The notes: generated from the letters alone by a model not told the origin. Counted from the stretch's first letter, positions 43,156-53,526 are shown. The stretch is 64,000 nt of DNA from Candidatus Binatia bacterium (GCA_047611725.1 JBLFWR010000001.1:70125-134124), one strand, 5' to 3'. Numbers and translations: made by a program.

Positions 43156-43810
43156 TCGCCTCAGAGTTGGTGTTCTCGCTTCGGGGACCGGCAGCAATTT
43201 CGAAGCCATTATCGGCGCCGTGGATGCCGGGAATCTGAACGTCGAGTTGGCACTCTTGATTTGCAATCGCCCTGGCGCGCGAGCGCTGGCACTAGCCGAC
43301 AGCGCCGGGATCCCGACGCGCCTCATCCAGCACGGCGACTACCCTTCTCGCGACGCGTTCGACACAGAAATGGTCAGCGCACTCCGCCAAGCAGACGTTG
43401 GCCTCGTCGTCATGGCGGGGTTCGACCGTCTAGTCACTCCGGTGCTTCTCGACGCTTACCGCGAGCGAGTCATGAACATCCATCCCGCCCTTTTACCGTC
43501 ATTCAAGGGCACACACGGGCAGAGCCAGGCCGTCGACTACGGTGTTCGGATTAGCGGAGCCACGGTACATTTCGTCGACGAAGCCGTAGACCACGGCCCG
43601 ATCATCGCGCAGGCTGCGGTTGCCATCGATCCATTCGAGGCAACCGACGTAAGTGCGAAACGAATCCTCGAGCAAGAACACCGCCTGTACCCGCTTGCGA
43701 TCCAGCTGTTCGCCAACGGCCAGCTTCGGATCGAAGGACGCAAGGTCCGAGTGCTCGACGCGGACAACACTGGCGGGGCGCTCTTAAACCCCTCGCCTCC
43801 CGACGCTTAA
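43139..43810 (+). CDS. purN: phosphoribosylglycinamide formyltransferase
   Basis: SGTGSN, NIHPALLP, GATVHFVDEAVDHGPII. Confidence 0.96.
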   Translation: MAPQTDRLRVGVLASGTGSNFEAIIGAVDAGNLNVELALLICNRPGARALALADSAGIPTRLIQHGDYPSRDAFDTEMVSALRQADVGLVVMAGFDRLVTPVLLDAYRERVMNIHPALLPSFKGTHGQSQAVDYGVRISGATVHFVDEAVDHGPIIAQAAVAIDPFEATDVSAKRILEQEHRLYPLAIQLFANGQLRIEGRKVRVLDADNTGGALLNPSPPDA

Positions 43811-44490
43811 CGAACGTTCCGATAGAACCTAATCAAACGGTCGGCGGGTACGCCGCACAAGTAGGCCGTCTTCATTCCCCACATCAAGAACGTGGTTCGC
43901 CAAGTTCCACCTTGTCGCCAACGCCGTGATGAGGTAACCACGTGCCCCTTCGGAATCCCCATTTGAGACAGCCCACGAAGACGACGCGACAAATCGACGT
44001 CTTCGAAAAGCAGTGGCTCGTGGAAGCCCTTCACCCGCTCGAAAAGTTCGTACCGGACAAACATTGCTTGGTCGCCGGTCGCCCCCTTCGTTAAGCGCGA
44101 TCGCCGTGAGATTAGCCACGCGATAAATAGCAGAAGCGCCCCCCCCTCATCGAAACGAAGATCGAAACGCCCCCAACCCACATTTGGGTCGCTCAAACAC
44201 TCAACCAATAGTCCCCGAAACCCGTCCGGCAAACGTGTATCGGCATGCAGGAACAACAAGACATCTCCGCTCGCAGCTTTAGCGCCGGCATTGAGCTGAA
44301 CGCCCCTACCTGTTGGAGCAAGCAAAACTCGGGCACCAGCCTTCGCCGCTTTTGCCAGTGTCCCATCCGCGCTCCCGCCATCCACAACGAACAGTTCGTC
44401 CCCCTTCACGAGGCCACCAAGGACGCCGGCAAGATGTTCGTGGATGGACGCGCCTTCGTTCAACGTCGGGACAATGACCGTTAACCGCAC
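43807..44490 (-). CDS. GT2 glycosyltransferase, TIGR04283-like
   Basis: VPTLNE, VDGGSAD, FLHAD, GDQ, EDV, TSSRRW. Confidence 0.88.
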   Translation of the reverse strand: MRLTVIVPTLNEGASIHEHLAGVLGGLVKGDELFVVDGGSADGTLAKAAKAGARVLLAPTGRGVQLNAGAKAASGDVLLFLHADTRLPDGFRGLLVECLSDPNVGWGRFDLRFDEGGALLLFIAWLISRRSRLTKGATGDQAMFVRYELFERVKGFHEPLLFEDVDLSRRLRGLSQMGIPKGHVVTSSRRWRQGGTWRTTFLMWGMKTAYLCGVPADRLIRFYRNVR

Positions 44491-44543
44491 CGCATTTCCT
44501 GCTTATTCTTGGCTGCCGCCAGCCAGCCTGATAGCATCGGCGG

Positions 44544-45101
44544 GTGAGTGTTTCTCAATGGTTCGCAATTGCAGCGATTGGCCGGGATCGCCCGGGGATC
44601 GTGGCCGATCTTTCGGAATGTGTTTACGAGTGTGGGTGTAATCTCGAAGATGCCAGCATGACGATGCTCGGAAACGAGTTCGCCACCTTGATGCTCGTCA
44701 GCGGAACCGCTCCGGAGCTGTACGATCAGTTGTCTGCCGCGACGAAACGACTGGAATGGGAACGCCACCTGACCGTGTTCCTTCGCCCGCTGGACGGCCC
44801 CTCCGCCACCGACGCCCAAACCGGGACACGCCATCGAACCTTGCGTGTCACTGGGGTCGACCAAGCAGGCATCGTCGCTGGCGTAGCTCGTTGCCTGGCC
44901 GATCAGGGTGTCCTGATCAGTGACCTTCGCGGGGAAGTCACAAATGGCGCCGAAAGTGGGACGCCGTTGTACACACTGTCGATCCGGACCTTGATTTCGC
45001 CGCAGTGCGATGAAGAAACGCTTGCCCGTGCCCTCGACGAGGTCGCGCTCAAACTCGATCTGGATGTTGCCTGGGATCACACGGCGGACAAAAACACCTA
45101 G
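44544..45101 (+). CDS. tandem ACT domain protein (GcvR-like)
   Basis: GRDRPGIV and GVDQAGIV ACT motifs. Confidence 0.88.
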   Translation: MSVSQWFAIAAIGRDRPGIVADLSECVYECGCNLEDASMTMLGNEFATLMLVSGTAPELYDQLSAATKRLEWERHLTVFLRPLDGPSATDAQTGTRHRTLRVTGVDQAGIVAGVARCLADQGVLISDLRGEVTNGAESGTPLYTLSIRTLISPQCDEETLARALDEVALKLDLDVAWDHTADKNT

Positions 45102-45208
45102 CGCAGCGCGTAATCGTGGCATTTGCGCTGAGCTGGCAGCGGAGACGCTGTCAAAGCCACTGGGCATTCCCAGACCCTTACCGGGGTTCGGCATGCGAAC
45201 AAACCAGT

Positions 45209-45266
45209 TTGCAGACGAAAGAAGGGCCGATCCCAGTGTTGGGATCGGCCCTTCTTTCGTCTGCAA
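45209..45266. repeat. perfect 27-bp inverted repeat (probable bidirectional terminator)
   Basis: TTGCAGACGAAAGAAGGGCCGATCCCA-GTGT-TGGGATCGGCCCTTCTTTCGTCTGCAA between convergent genes. Confidence 0.85.
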
Positions 45267-45287
45267 GCCAGAACGCCGGCAGTGCTA

Positions 45288-45665
45288 TTACTTGATCTGG
45301 CCTCGCCACGCCCGCCGGTCATAAATACGTTCACGGCGTAGCTTCCGGCCTTTCGGACGGTCTTTGGCAACAAGGCCATCCTTTTTGAGCCGACGCAGGC
45401 CACCGCGAATGTAGTCAGGATCCAAGCGAAGGGAGGAGCAAATATTCTCAAATGAGAACGGCCAGTCTGTATCTTGGCTTGCCACCCAGGCGTCGACTTC
45501 ACAGAAGTTCCGTCGTTGTTCCGGAACAGGAGAGTTGATGCCGCGTTGGAACGTCACCAGCGCCTCCTCGAGTACCGCGAGCATCAGCCGGTTCGCTGGT
45601 TCGCGCGTGAGCTCCGATGTGTCGCCGCCGTGACCCGTTAGTTTGAAAGCCTGAATCGCTGACAT
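45288..45665 (-). CDS. hypothetical protein (125 aa)
   Basis: Strong GAGGAGG RBS; RLMLAVLEEA...WVAS..TDWPFSFENIC..L.LDPDYIR.GL core; basic tail. Confidence 0.8.
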   Translation of the reverse strand: MSAIQAFKLTGHGGDTSELTREPANRLMLAVLEEALVTFQRGINSPVPEQRRNFCEVDAWVASQDTDWPFSFENICSSLRLDPDYIRGGLRRLKKDGLVAKDRPKGRKLRRERIYDRRAWRGQIK

Positions 45666-46072
45666 GTTTCTTTCCTCCTCACCGACGCCAAACTCCCGAC
45701 GTGGGCGCATCAAGATGCCTCTCACTAACCATCAAGCCCGCCATTTCCTGACACGTCAATAAGGGACACCCCCGAAAATCACTTTTTCCCCGTTCAGCCA
45801 ATAGCCGGGCTAAACCCTCTGAATTGCTGATTTTTCTCACCGCACCGCCCTAAGGAAATAGTAACCCCGATCGGTATAGCGGACCGAACCATCGAACTTC
45901 GGAGAGAACATACTAATGCTTCAATTAGCCTCACTCGATTGAGCCGCGCTTCAAATCTAGATTGTCAGATAGGGAGACGACCTCTACGTTGAGCCTTGCC
46001 GTCCAGCGTGCTAATTCAAGGGGGGTGTTCAGATGCTGGCGCGTCTCGACTTCCCGCAACTGGAAACAACCT

Positions 46073-46729
46073 ATGATTCAGAAACTTCGACTGCTTGGAG
46101 CCGCATTGGCCCTGTCAACGCTGGTACTTGGAGCCTCCGGGTTCCTGTCTGACGCCCGGGCCTCAAGCGCCGACGTTGAGGCAACAATGATGGCCACGGA
46201 GGCTGACCGCTACTTACGCGCCGCCGAACGTCACCCAAAAGCGGACTCCCCCGAGCAGCTTCGCCTGTATGTCAAAGCTGAAGGCTTGGCAGAGAAGGCA
46301 ATCGCGCTGGATGAGAATTGCGCTACCGGACACTTTATCTACTTCGCCGCGCGTGGCCGACGATTGATCAGCGAAGGCGGGCTTGCCGCAACTCTCAAAA
46401 TGGCATCCCTGAATCGGCATCTGGATCGCGCCCTCGAGCTAGACCCCAACTACGCCCACGCCCTAGCGGCGAAAGGCGGGATTCTCCTCGATTTGCCCTT
46501 TTATCTCGGTGGCGACGCCCATGAAGCCGAGCGTTATCTCGCCCACGCGGTTCGCCTCAACCCGACCGGCCCCGGAACGAGAGTGACCTATGCCAAGGCC
46601 CTGTTGCGTAACGGCCAAGAAACCCATGCGAGAGAGAATCTGCTGCGCGCCGCGCACTACGCGTGCGTAACCCGCCGCGCGCAGGTGCTGGCGCAGGCAA
46701 CCACTTTGCTCGACGATCTTGACCAGTGA
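46073..46729 (+). CDS. exported TPR-repeat protein
   Basis: Signal peptide (ARA), AIALDEN, ALELDPNY, AVRLNP. Confidence 0.78.
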   Translation: MIQKLRLLGAALALSTLVLGASGFLSDARASSADVEATMMATEADRYLRAAERHPKADSPEQLRLYVKAEGLAEKAIALDENCATGHFIYFAARGRRLISEGGLAATLKMASLNRHLDRALELDPNYAHALAAKGGILLDLPFYLGGDAHEAERYLAHAVRLNPTGPGTRVTYAKALLRNGQETHARENLLRAAHYACVTRRAQVLAQATTLLDDLDQ

Positions 46730-47576
46730 GCCCCTCCCCTTGACGACCAACGTCAGCAACGTCGGCGACGATCCATTCGCTCGACTCCTCGAAGTCATGC
46801 ACCAACTACGCGCTCCAGGTGGCTGCCCTTGGGATCGCGAACAAACCCACCAAACATTACGCCCCTATCTGATCGAAGAGGCCTACGAGGTTCTCGAGGC
46901 GATTGAACAAGGCGATGACTCCGAACTGTGCGAGGAACTCGGCGACCTCCTGCTTCAAGTCGTCTTCCATGCTGAGTTGGCCCAAGAGCGCGGCGCATTC
47001 GATTACAATGCCGTCGCACGCGGCCTCACCGAGAAACTAGTCCGTCGCCACCCTCACGTATTTGCAGACGTTGAGGCGAACGATGTTGAAGCCGTCGCCC
47101 GCAATTGGTCCCAAATCAAATCTGCAGAACGGATAGCGAAAGCCGAAAAGAAAGGGCTCGGCGCCCCGTCGGCCATTGATGGTATCCCACGTGCGATGCC
47201 AGCCCTGTTACGCGCTCACCGAATCGGTGAAAAAGCCGGCAAGGTCGGCGTCGACTGGAGAAGCGCGGCTGACGTCCCGGCAAAAATCCACGAAGAACTC
47301 GCCGAAGTAACCGAGGCTCGCACCCACGAAGAGCGCGGGCGCGAGTTGGGAGACCTCCTGTTGGCCGTCGCCAGCTACTGCCGACTCAACGGGCATGACC
47401 CGGAGACGTCACTGCATGGTGCAATCGATCGTTTCGATGCGCGATTCCGGTCGATGGAAAGCGAAGCCGCGACATCGGATCGTCCCCTGTCTGAGCAGAC
47501 TCGTTCAGAACTCGACGAGGCTTGGACCCGAGCAAAACGGCGAACTGGTATCGACTCGCCCCCTACGTCCGAATAG
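46719..47576 (+). CDS. mazG: nucleoside triphosphate pyrophosphohydrolase
   Basis: GCPWDREQT, EEAYE, EELGDLLLQ, KLVRRHPHVF. Confidence 0.95.
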   Translation: MTSEPLPLTTNVSNVGDDPFARLLEVMHQLRAPGGCPWDREQTHQTLRPYLIEEAYEVLEAIEQGDDSELCEELGDLLLQVVFHAELAQERGAFDYNAVARGLTEKLVRRHPHVFADVEANDVEAVARNWSQIKSAERIAKAEKKGLGAPSAIDGIPRAMPALLRAHRIGEKAGKVGVDWRSAADVPAKIHEELAEVTEARTHEERGRELGDLLLAVASYCRLNGHDPETSLHGAIDRFDARFRSMESEAATSDRPLSEQTRSELDEAWTRAKRRTGIDSPPTSE

Positions 47577-47611
47577 CTGGCTGGAAGGGCGTTCACTCGC
47601 CGCCGTCGATC

Positions 47612-49294
47612 CTATTCCTTCTTCGTCACGGACGACCCGAGCCGACGAGTCAACGACTCCGTAAGCTCTCCAAATTCAGCGCTGCCGAACAGTAGACAAA
47701 CTCCGACATACGAAAGGCCACCGACCACAACGGCGATCGCTAATCCGGAAACCTCAGCCACCGGCACAACCGCCGCCAGAGCAAGTAGCACCACCGCCAT
47801 TACGCCCGACGCCACCCCATGCAACACCCCACAAGCGATCAAGCGCCGCGCCCCCAAGGGCGGCAACAACCGTCGCAAAAGCATTAACAACACAGCCGCA
47901 TTCGCTGTGGCTGCAATACCGGTAGACAGGGCCAAGCCCGCGTGGCGCAGATCGGCAACGCGGAGCGCATCACCGAGCGCGGCAACCGTTTGAGCACCGA
48001 CCCATGAACCGTCAGGGTCGATGGGGCCCATCAACGCCAGATCACCAACAGCGTTGACGACGAGCGCTATCAGCGCTGCCAATACCGGAATTCGAGGACG
48101 TTCGAGCGCATAGAACGCGCTGGTCAAAACTCGGACCGCAGCAACCCCAAAAATGCCTGGGATATAGGCGCGTAGTGCCATCGAGGTCATCGCGGTGTCG
48201 TGGGCACCAAACTGCCCGCGCTCAAACAGCACGGCAACAATCGCTGGCGCCAGAACCCAGAGAGCAACGGCCGCGGGAGTGCAAAGCGCAATAGCCAAAC
48301 GCAGGGCATGCGCCACCCCCGCCGACATGTCCTGGAACCGGCGCTGCCCAGCCAACGCAGACAAGCTGGGGAGCGCAGCCGTACCCAAGGCCACCGCAAC
48401 TATGCCAAGCGGAAACTCGAAAATCCGGTCTCCGTACCACAACCAGGAAACGCTCCCTGCCGGCAACAGCGAAGCGAAAACCGTCGCTACCAAAATGTTC
48501 AGTTGGTAGACAGCACCGCCCAGGATCGCTGCACCAACCAGCCCGCCCACTCGCTTCACGGCGGCGTGTCGCACCCGCAGGAGCGCGACAGGACGCATTC
48601 CGAGCTTCCAAAGCGACGGCACCTGCACGAGAAACTGGAATGTTCCTCCAATCAGCACACCGACAACAAGTGCATACACTGGTGTCGTGAACCGAGAGCT
48701 AAGCGTCAAGGCACAACCAATAATGGTGAGATTGAGCAAGATCGGGCCGTACGCCGGAACCGAGAAGTTCCGGAACGTGTTCAAGACCCCCATCGCCCAG
48801 GCCGCGGCCCCGACCACAAACAGATACGGGAATGTCCAGCGAGTCAGCTCGATGGCGAGTCGAGCCTTTTCCGGATCAGCGCTGAAGCCCGGTGCGAATA
48901 GCGTTACGATTGGATCCGCTGCGAGCATCCCCACTGCGGTCAGGATCGCCAAGACTAGGAACGCGGCGCCACCGACCCCGCCAGCCGCCCGAATCGCGCC
49001 AGCGGGCCCCTCTCGGACCAGGTGGTGGGTAAACACTGGTACGAAAGCGGCCGAGGTCGCACCTTCGCCGACAATTCGTCGGAATAGGTTCGGAATCCGG
49101 AAAGCCACGAAGAATGCGTCAGCCCCCATGGACGACCCAAACACCGAGCTGATCACGATATCCCGCGCCAAACCGGCTACCCGACTGGCCAATGTCAGCG
49201 CCGCCAAGAGCTTGGCGGCGGCCGTAACTGACCGTTGCTCGGAGGCCGCAGCTTGACCCGCCGCGTCGACGTTGTTAACCAACACTTCTTTCAA
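47612..49294 (-). CDS. murJ: lipid II flippase MurJ (start uncertain: 49294, 49285 or 49282)
   Basis: SRVAGLARD, DAFFVAFRIPNLFRR..GEGA...AFVP, DRIFEFPLG, FERGQF. Confidence 0.95.
   Translation of the reverse strand: MKEVLVNNVDAAGQAAASEQRSVTAAAKLLAALTLASRVAGLARDIVISSVFGSSMGADAFFVAFRIPNLFRRIVGEGATSAAFVPVFTHHLVREGPAGAIRAAGGVGGAAFLVLAILTAVGMLAADPIVTLFAPGFSADPEKARLAIELTRWTFPYLFVVGAAAWAMGVLNTFRNFSVPAYGPILLNLTIIGCALTLSSRFTTPVYALVVGVLIGGTFQFLVQVPSLWKLGMRPVALLRVRHAAVKRVGGLVGAAILGGAVYQLNILVATVFASLLPAGSVSWLWYGDRIFEFPLGIVAVALGTAALPSLSALAGQRRFQDMSAGVAHALRLAIALCTPAAVALWVLAPAIVAVLFERGQFGAHDTAMTSMALRAYIPGIFGVAAVRVLTSAFYALERPRIPVLAALIALVVNAVGDLALMGPIDPDGSWVGAQTVAALGDALRVADLRHAGLALSTGIAATANAAVLLMLLRRLLPPLGARRLIACGVLHGVASGVMAVVLLALAAVVPVAEVSGLAIAVVVGGLSYVGVCLLFGSAEFGELTESLTRRLGSSVTKKE
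49253..49281 (+). promoter_or_regulatory. putative rpsT promoter inside the 5' end of murJ
   Basis: TTGACC-N17-TAACCA with an extended -10 TG. Confidence 0.5.
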
Positions 49295-49311
49295 GGTTCC
49301 CAGGAGGACCC

Positions 49312-49581
49312 GTGGCCAATCATCCGTCAGCTCTTAAACGTCATCGTCAATCACTGCGTCGCCGCGACGCTAACCGCATCATTAAGTCTACGTTGCGCAC
49401 CATCGTTCGTGGTGTAAACGAAGCCGTCGTTGCAGGCGAGCCAGACAAGGCCCGCGAAGAGCTCGGTCGTGCGTCGCGCGCTCTGGCCAAAGCTGCGAGC
49501 AAAGGGACCATTCATCGCCGCAGCGCCTCTCGGCGAACCAGCCGCCTTGCGCGCAAGGTTGCCGCGCTCAGCAACAGCTGA
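49312..49581 (+). CDS. rpsT: 30S ribosomal protein S20
   Basis: MANHPSALKRHRQS...KGTIH; AGGAGG RBS. Confidence 0.96.
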   Translation: MANHPSALKRHRQSLRRRDANRIIKSTLRTIVRGVNEAVVAGEPDKAREELGRASRALAKAASKGTIHRRSASRRTSRLARKVAALSNS

Positions 49582-49588
49582 GCCGGGT

Positions 49589-50176
49589 TCAGAACCCCTC
49601 CGTCATCGAGGAATAGATCGCCTCGGCCAAATCTGACGCCATCCGCTCTCGAGCGACCGCGAGACGCTCCTCCCCGAGCTGCACGTTGTTGAATGACTCG
49701 AGGGCGTCGATTTCTAACCGTTCCTCCACCTGAAACGCGGCGCTGGTCTTAACGACCGCGCCGGGCACGGCTGCGTGTCCGCGCGACACTGCGATTCGCT
49801 CTCCCGCCCACACAATGGTGCCATCGGCACTGAGCAAGCTAGCGTCGACCGCTACGGTCGACGTGTAGTCCAACACGTCGTCAAAGGCGTCAATGGCCAC
49901 TGCGCGCACTCTTTCATCAGTCATCCGCACCGCTAGTACCGCGTCCGATCGCTCGCCAGCCTTGGCTGGACGAACCCTCCCGCCAGCACGCAGCACGCGA
50001 CGGAGCTCTCGAGTGAGCGAATCGGCGAAAACCGGGTCGAGATCACGTGACTCTATGCGGGCCACCTCGACCACTTTGATCTCTTTGGGAAGGTGCCCAG
50101 CACCAACCATTGAATAGCCGCAGCCGGCAACAAACAGTGCCAGCGAAGCCAGAAAAATTCTTCGGCGCATCTTCAC
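49589..50176 (-). CDS. lptE: LPS assembly lipoprotein LptE family
   Basis: Lipobox VAGCGY; position downstream of leuS. Confidence 0.75.
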   Translation of the reverse strand: MKMRRRIFLASLALFVAGCGYSMVGAGHLPKEIKVVEVARIESRDLDPVFADSLTRELRRVLRAGGRVRPAKAGERSDAVLAVRMTDERVRAVAIDAFDDVLDYTSTVAVDASLLSADGTIVWAGERIAVSRGHAAVPGAVVKTSAAFQVEERLEIDALESFNNVQLGEERLAVARERMASDLAEAIYSSMTEGF

Positions 50177-52632
50177 ACCACTACGTTAACCAATCGCCCG
50201 GGGACGACGATCAACTTTCTCGGTTCGCGGCCCGCCAAAGCTTCCAGCACGCGCGGCTCGGCAAGAGCCAATTCTTGGAGACGGTCTCGATCGGTGTCCG
50301 CTGGCACCTGTAGACGACCGCGAAGTTTTCCGTTGATCTGCACAACGATTTCAATCGTGTCACGCACCATCGCGGCCGCATCGTGCTCCGGCCACAAAAC
50401 GCGGGCGAGTTCTGAACCCCCGGCGAAATGCGACCAGAGTTCGGAGGTCACATGCGGGGCGAACGGATAAAGCAGGCGCAGCAAGATTCCCGAGGCATAC
50501 GCGTCTAGCGGGTCCCCCAGCGTTTCGGCACTCACGCTCCGTCGCTCCTGAACCGAGTTATTGAGCTCCATGATGGCCGCCACCGCGGTATTGAAATGCA
50601 TGCGCTCGCCGATGTCTCGGGTAACTCGCTCAATCGTCGCATGAACAGAAGAGCGCAATTCCCGGCCGGATTCGTTCAGGCCCTGCTCTCCGGGATCGGC
50701 AACTTCCAAACGATGGTCGCCCAAGGAGACGACGGTACGCCAAACACGGGAGAGGAACCGAAACGCACCATCAACCCCACGGTCACTCCAATCGAGATCC
50801 TTCTCGGGCGGGGCGGCGAACATCGAAAAAACTCTGGCCGTGTCAGCGCCGTAACGGCTCACGATCTCATCGGGATCGACAACATTCCCTTTGGACTTGC
50901 TCATCTTCGAGCCGTCCTTGATCACCATCCCTTGCGTGAGCAAATTCTCGAAAGGCTCGTCCAAATCGACGTAGCCGAGATCCCGCAGTACGCGAGTGAA
51001 AAATCTCGAGTACAGCAAGTGCATCACAGCGTGCTCGACGCCGCCTACGTACTGATCCACCGGCAACCAGCGCTTGATCGCCTCAGGGTCGAAAGGAGCC
51101 TCGTGATTGCGCGCCGATGTATAACGCAGGAAGTACCAGGAGGATTCTACGAACGTATCCATCGTGTCCGTGTCACGCTTAGCCGGGCCACCACAACGGG
51201 CGCAGGTCGCGGCGAGCCAGTCTTCGAGTTTCGGCAGCGGTGAACCTCCGCCAGGCTCCAGCTCCACCTCAGTCGGCAAAACCACAGGCAACTCTGAAGG
51301 ATCGACACCGACGACGCCGCACTTCGGACAGTGAACGACCGGTATGGGCGTTCCCCAATAGCGCTGGCGAGAAATTCCCCAGTCCCGCAACCTGTAGTGC
51401 ACAACCTCGCGGCCCGCACCCTTTGTCTCTAACGCCGCGGCCATCGCGGCGCGCGCCTCTGCGCTGGTCAAAGACGTAAACTCCCCGCTATCGACGAGCA
51501 CCCCCTCGTCCTCGCAGGCGCGGTCCAAAACCGGGAGCTCTGCACTTCCTTCCGGTACGAGCACGCGCTCCACTGGAATCGAGTGGGTAGCGGCAAATTC
51601 AAAATCTCGCTGATCGTGGGCAGGAACGGCCATCACCGCTCCGGTACCGTAGTCCATCAATACGAAGTTCGCCAAATACACAGGCACTTTGCGCCCGTTT
51701 ATCGGGTTAATCGCATGGCATCCAGTGAAAGCACCTTCCTTGCCAGCAGAACGAGCGGTGCCGTCCTGCGCGGCAACCTTCGAGACAAACGCTTCAACTT
51801 CCTGCGTACGGCCACCAAGTTCGCCAAGACGACTGGCTAAAGGATGCTCCGGAGCGAGACTGACAAAGGTACAGCCAAACAGCGTATCCGCACGTGTCGT
51901 AAATACCGTGACACGCTCGCCTGCTTCGACGATCTCGAATTCGACTTCGACACCCGTGCTACGCCCGATCCAGTTGCGTTGCATGGTTTTAACTTTCTCT
52001 GGCCACCCCGGCAGGGAATCTAGACCGGCGAGAAGTTCATCTGCATACGCGGTGATCCGCAAGAACCACTGGTCGAGTTCACGAAGGCCGACTCCAGGAT
52101 GCCCGCGCCAGCATTCGCCGTCGGTGACCTGTTCGTTGGCCAACACGGTTCCGCAGCTTTCGCACCAATTCACCCGCGCTGTCTTGCGATAGGCCAGGCC
52201 TCTTTCGAGCATCTGCAGGAAAAATAGTTGCTCCCAGCGGTAGTACTCGGGGACACAAGTGGCGATCTCCGCATCCCAGTCGTAGCTAAAGCCCATACGC
52301 CGAAGCTGGCCTCGCATCGTTTCTATGTTGTCGTGAGTCCAGCGGGCCGGGGCGATTCCTCGCTGAATCGCCGCCATCTCGGCGGGCAACCCGAACGCAT
52401 CCCAGCCCATCGGGTGAAGTACCGAACGTCCGCGCGATCGATGAAAACGTGCCAACACGTCACCGATCGTATAGTTGCGGACATGGCCCATATGGATACG
52501 CCCCGAAGGGTACGGAAACATTTCGAGCAAATAGAACGGCTCACCGTCCCCACCCGACCACGGTGCGTCATCCCACCGCTGTTGCCAACGGGCCTCAACC
52601 GCACCCGGTTCGTATTTCAGTTGATCGCTCAT
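50173..52632 (-). CDS. leuS: leucine--tRNA ligase
   Basis: MFPYPSGRIHMGH, GTGAVMAVPAHDQRD, SRQRYWG, KMSKS. Confidence 0.97.
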   Translation of the reverse strand: MSDQLKYEPGAVEARWQQRWDDAPWSGGDGEPFYLLEMFPYPSGRIHMGHVRNYTIGDVLARFHRSRGRSVLHPMGWDAFGLPAEMAAIQRGIAPARWTHDNIETMRGQLRRMGFSYDWDAEIATCVPEYYRWEQLFFLQMLERGLAYRKTARVNWCESCGTVLANEQVTDGECWRGHPGVGLRELDQWFLRITAYADELLAGLDSLPGWPEKVKTMQRNWIGRSTGVEVEFEIVEAGERVTVFTTRADTLFGCTFVSLAPEHPLASRLGELGGRTQEVEAFVSKVAAQDGTARSAGKEGAFTGCHAINPINGRKVPVYLANFVLMDYGTGAVMAVPAHDQRDFEFAATHSIPVERVLVPEGSAELPVLDRACEDEGVLVDSGEFTSLTSAEARAAMAAALETKGAGREVVHYRLRDWGISRQRYWGTPIPVVHCPKCGVVGVDPSELPVVLPTEVELEPGGGSPLPKLEDWLAATCARCGGPAKRDTDTMDTFVESSWYFLRYTSARNHEAPFDPEAIKRWLPVDQYVGGVEHAVMHLLYSRFFTRVLRDLGYVDLDEPFENLLTQGMVIKDGSKMSKSKGNVVDPDEIVSRYGADTARVFSMFAAPPEKDLDWSDRGVDGAFRFLSRVWRTVVSLGDHRLEVADPGEQGLNESGRELRSSVHATIERVTRDIGERMHFNTAVAAIMELNNSVQERRSVSAETLGDPLDAYASGILLRLLYPFAPHVTSELWSHFAGGSELARVLWPEHDAAAMVRDTIEIVVQINGKLRGRLQVPADTDRDRLQELALAEPRVLEALAGREPRKLIVVPGRLVNVVV

Positions 52633-53072
52633 TTGCGGGCAGCCCTTGTCAAACGGCCTTGCTCGCCCGCTATTCGATCGAGCACACCATTGATAAACCT
52701 AGCCGCGCGGTCATCCGAAAATCTTCTGGCGATGTCGACAGCTTCATTCACGATCACTTCTCCAGGCACTTCCGGACTTGCAACTAGCTCCGCGCAGGCC
52801 AAGCGCATGATCGCCAAGTCGACTCGAGAGAAACGGTTAATATCCCAATTGGTCGCCGCAGCATCGATGAGTGAATCAAGCGACTCACAGCGCTGGCGCG
52901 TCGTCTCCACGAGCGCCTCGGCGAACTCGCGAACTTCAACCTCGGCGTCACCACCGGGATGGCTCGACCAGAACAGTTCGCGCGCAGCCGACGAGTCATC
53001 GCCGCCAACGTCGAACAAGTACAACAACTGCAAGGCCGCCTCACGCCCGCGACGTCTGACTCCAGCCGACAT
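52629..53072 (-). CDS. nusB: transcription antitermination factor NusB
   Basis: RRRGREAALQLLY, VNEAVDIA, FINGVLD; start reassigned to ATG 53072. Confidence 0.95.
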   Translation of the reverse strand: MSAGVRRRGREAALQLLYLFDVGGDDSSAARELFWSSHPGGDAEVEVREFAEALVETTRQRCESLDSLIDAAATNWDINRFSRVDLAIMRLACAELVASPEVPGEVIVNEAVDIARRFSDDRAARFINGVLDRIAGEQGRLTRAARK

Positions 53073-53079
53073 AGCTAAA

Positions 53080-53526
53080 TCAGGCCTCGCGGGTGCGACG
53101 AAGTGCTTGCAACGTTCCGAGCACCGCATCGACTGCTTCGTAGCCTTTGTTGCCTACGTCACCACCAGCACGCGCGAGCGCTTGCTCCATTGTGTCGGTT
53201 GTCAAAACCCCGAACGCGACCGGTAAGCCAGTGTCCAGTGATACACGCTGAACCCCCGCCGCAGCTTGGTGGCAAACAAAATCGAAATGAGGGGTTTCGC
53301 CTCGAACCACAGCCCCCAAACAGGCCACCGCTTGGTAGCGCCCCGATTTGGCGGCAGCCATCGCGACGATCGGCAGCTCGAACGCGCCGGGTACTTCGTA
53401 AACGTCAGCTTCCTCGCAAACGAGCGAGTGGTCGCGTACGGCTTCTCGAGCCCCCTCTAAGAGGCTGTCGGTCACGGCGGCGTTAAACCGACTCACGACA
53501 ATGGCAATTCGAATGGCGGTGGTCAT
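53080..53526 (-). CDS. ribH: 6,7-dimethyl-8-ribityllumazine synthase
   Basis: SRFN, VPGAFELP, RGETPHFD, FGVLT, GNKG. Confidence 0.96.
   Translation of the reverse strand: MTTAIRIAIVVSRFNAAVTDSLLEGAREAVRDHSLVCEEADVYEVPGAFELPIVAMAAAKSGRYQAVACLGAVVRGETPHFDFVCHQAAAGVQRVSLDTGLPVAFGVLTTDTMEQALARAGGDVGNKGYEAVDAVLGTLQALRRTREA

Noticed and set aside
43807-44490. Arsenosugar pathway suggested by the TIGR04283-like GT
   Set aside because: No partner radical SAM, ArsM or TIGR04282-like genes nearby.
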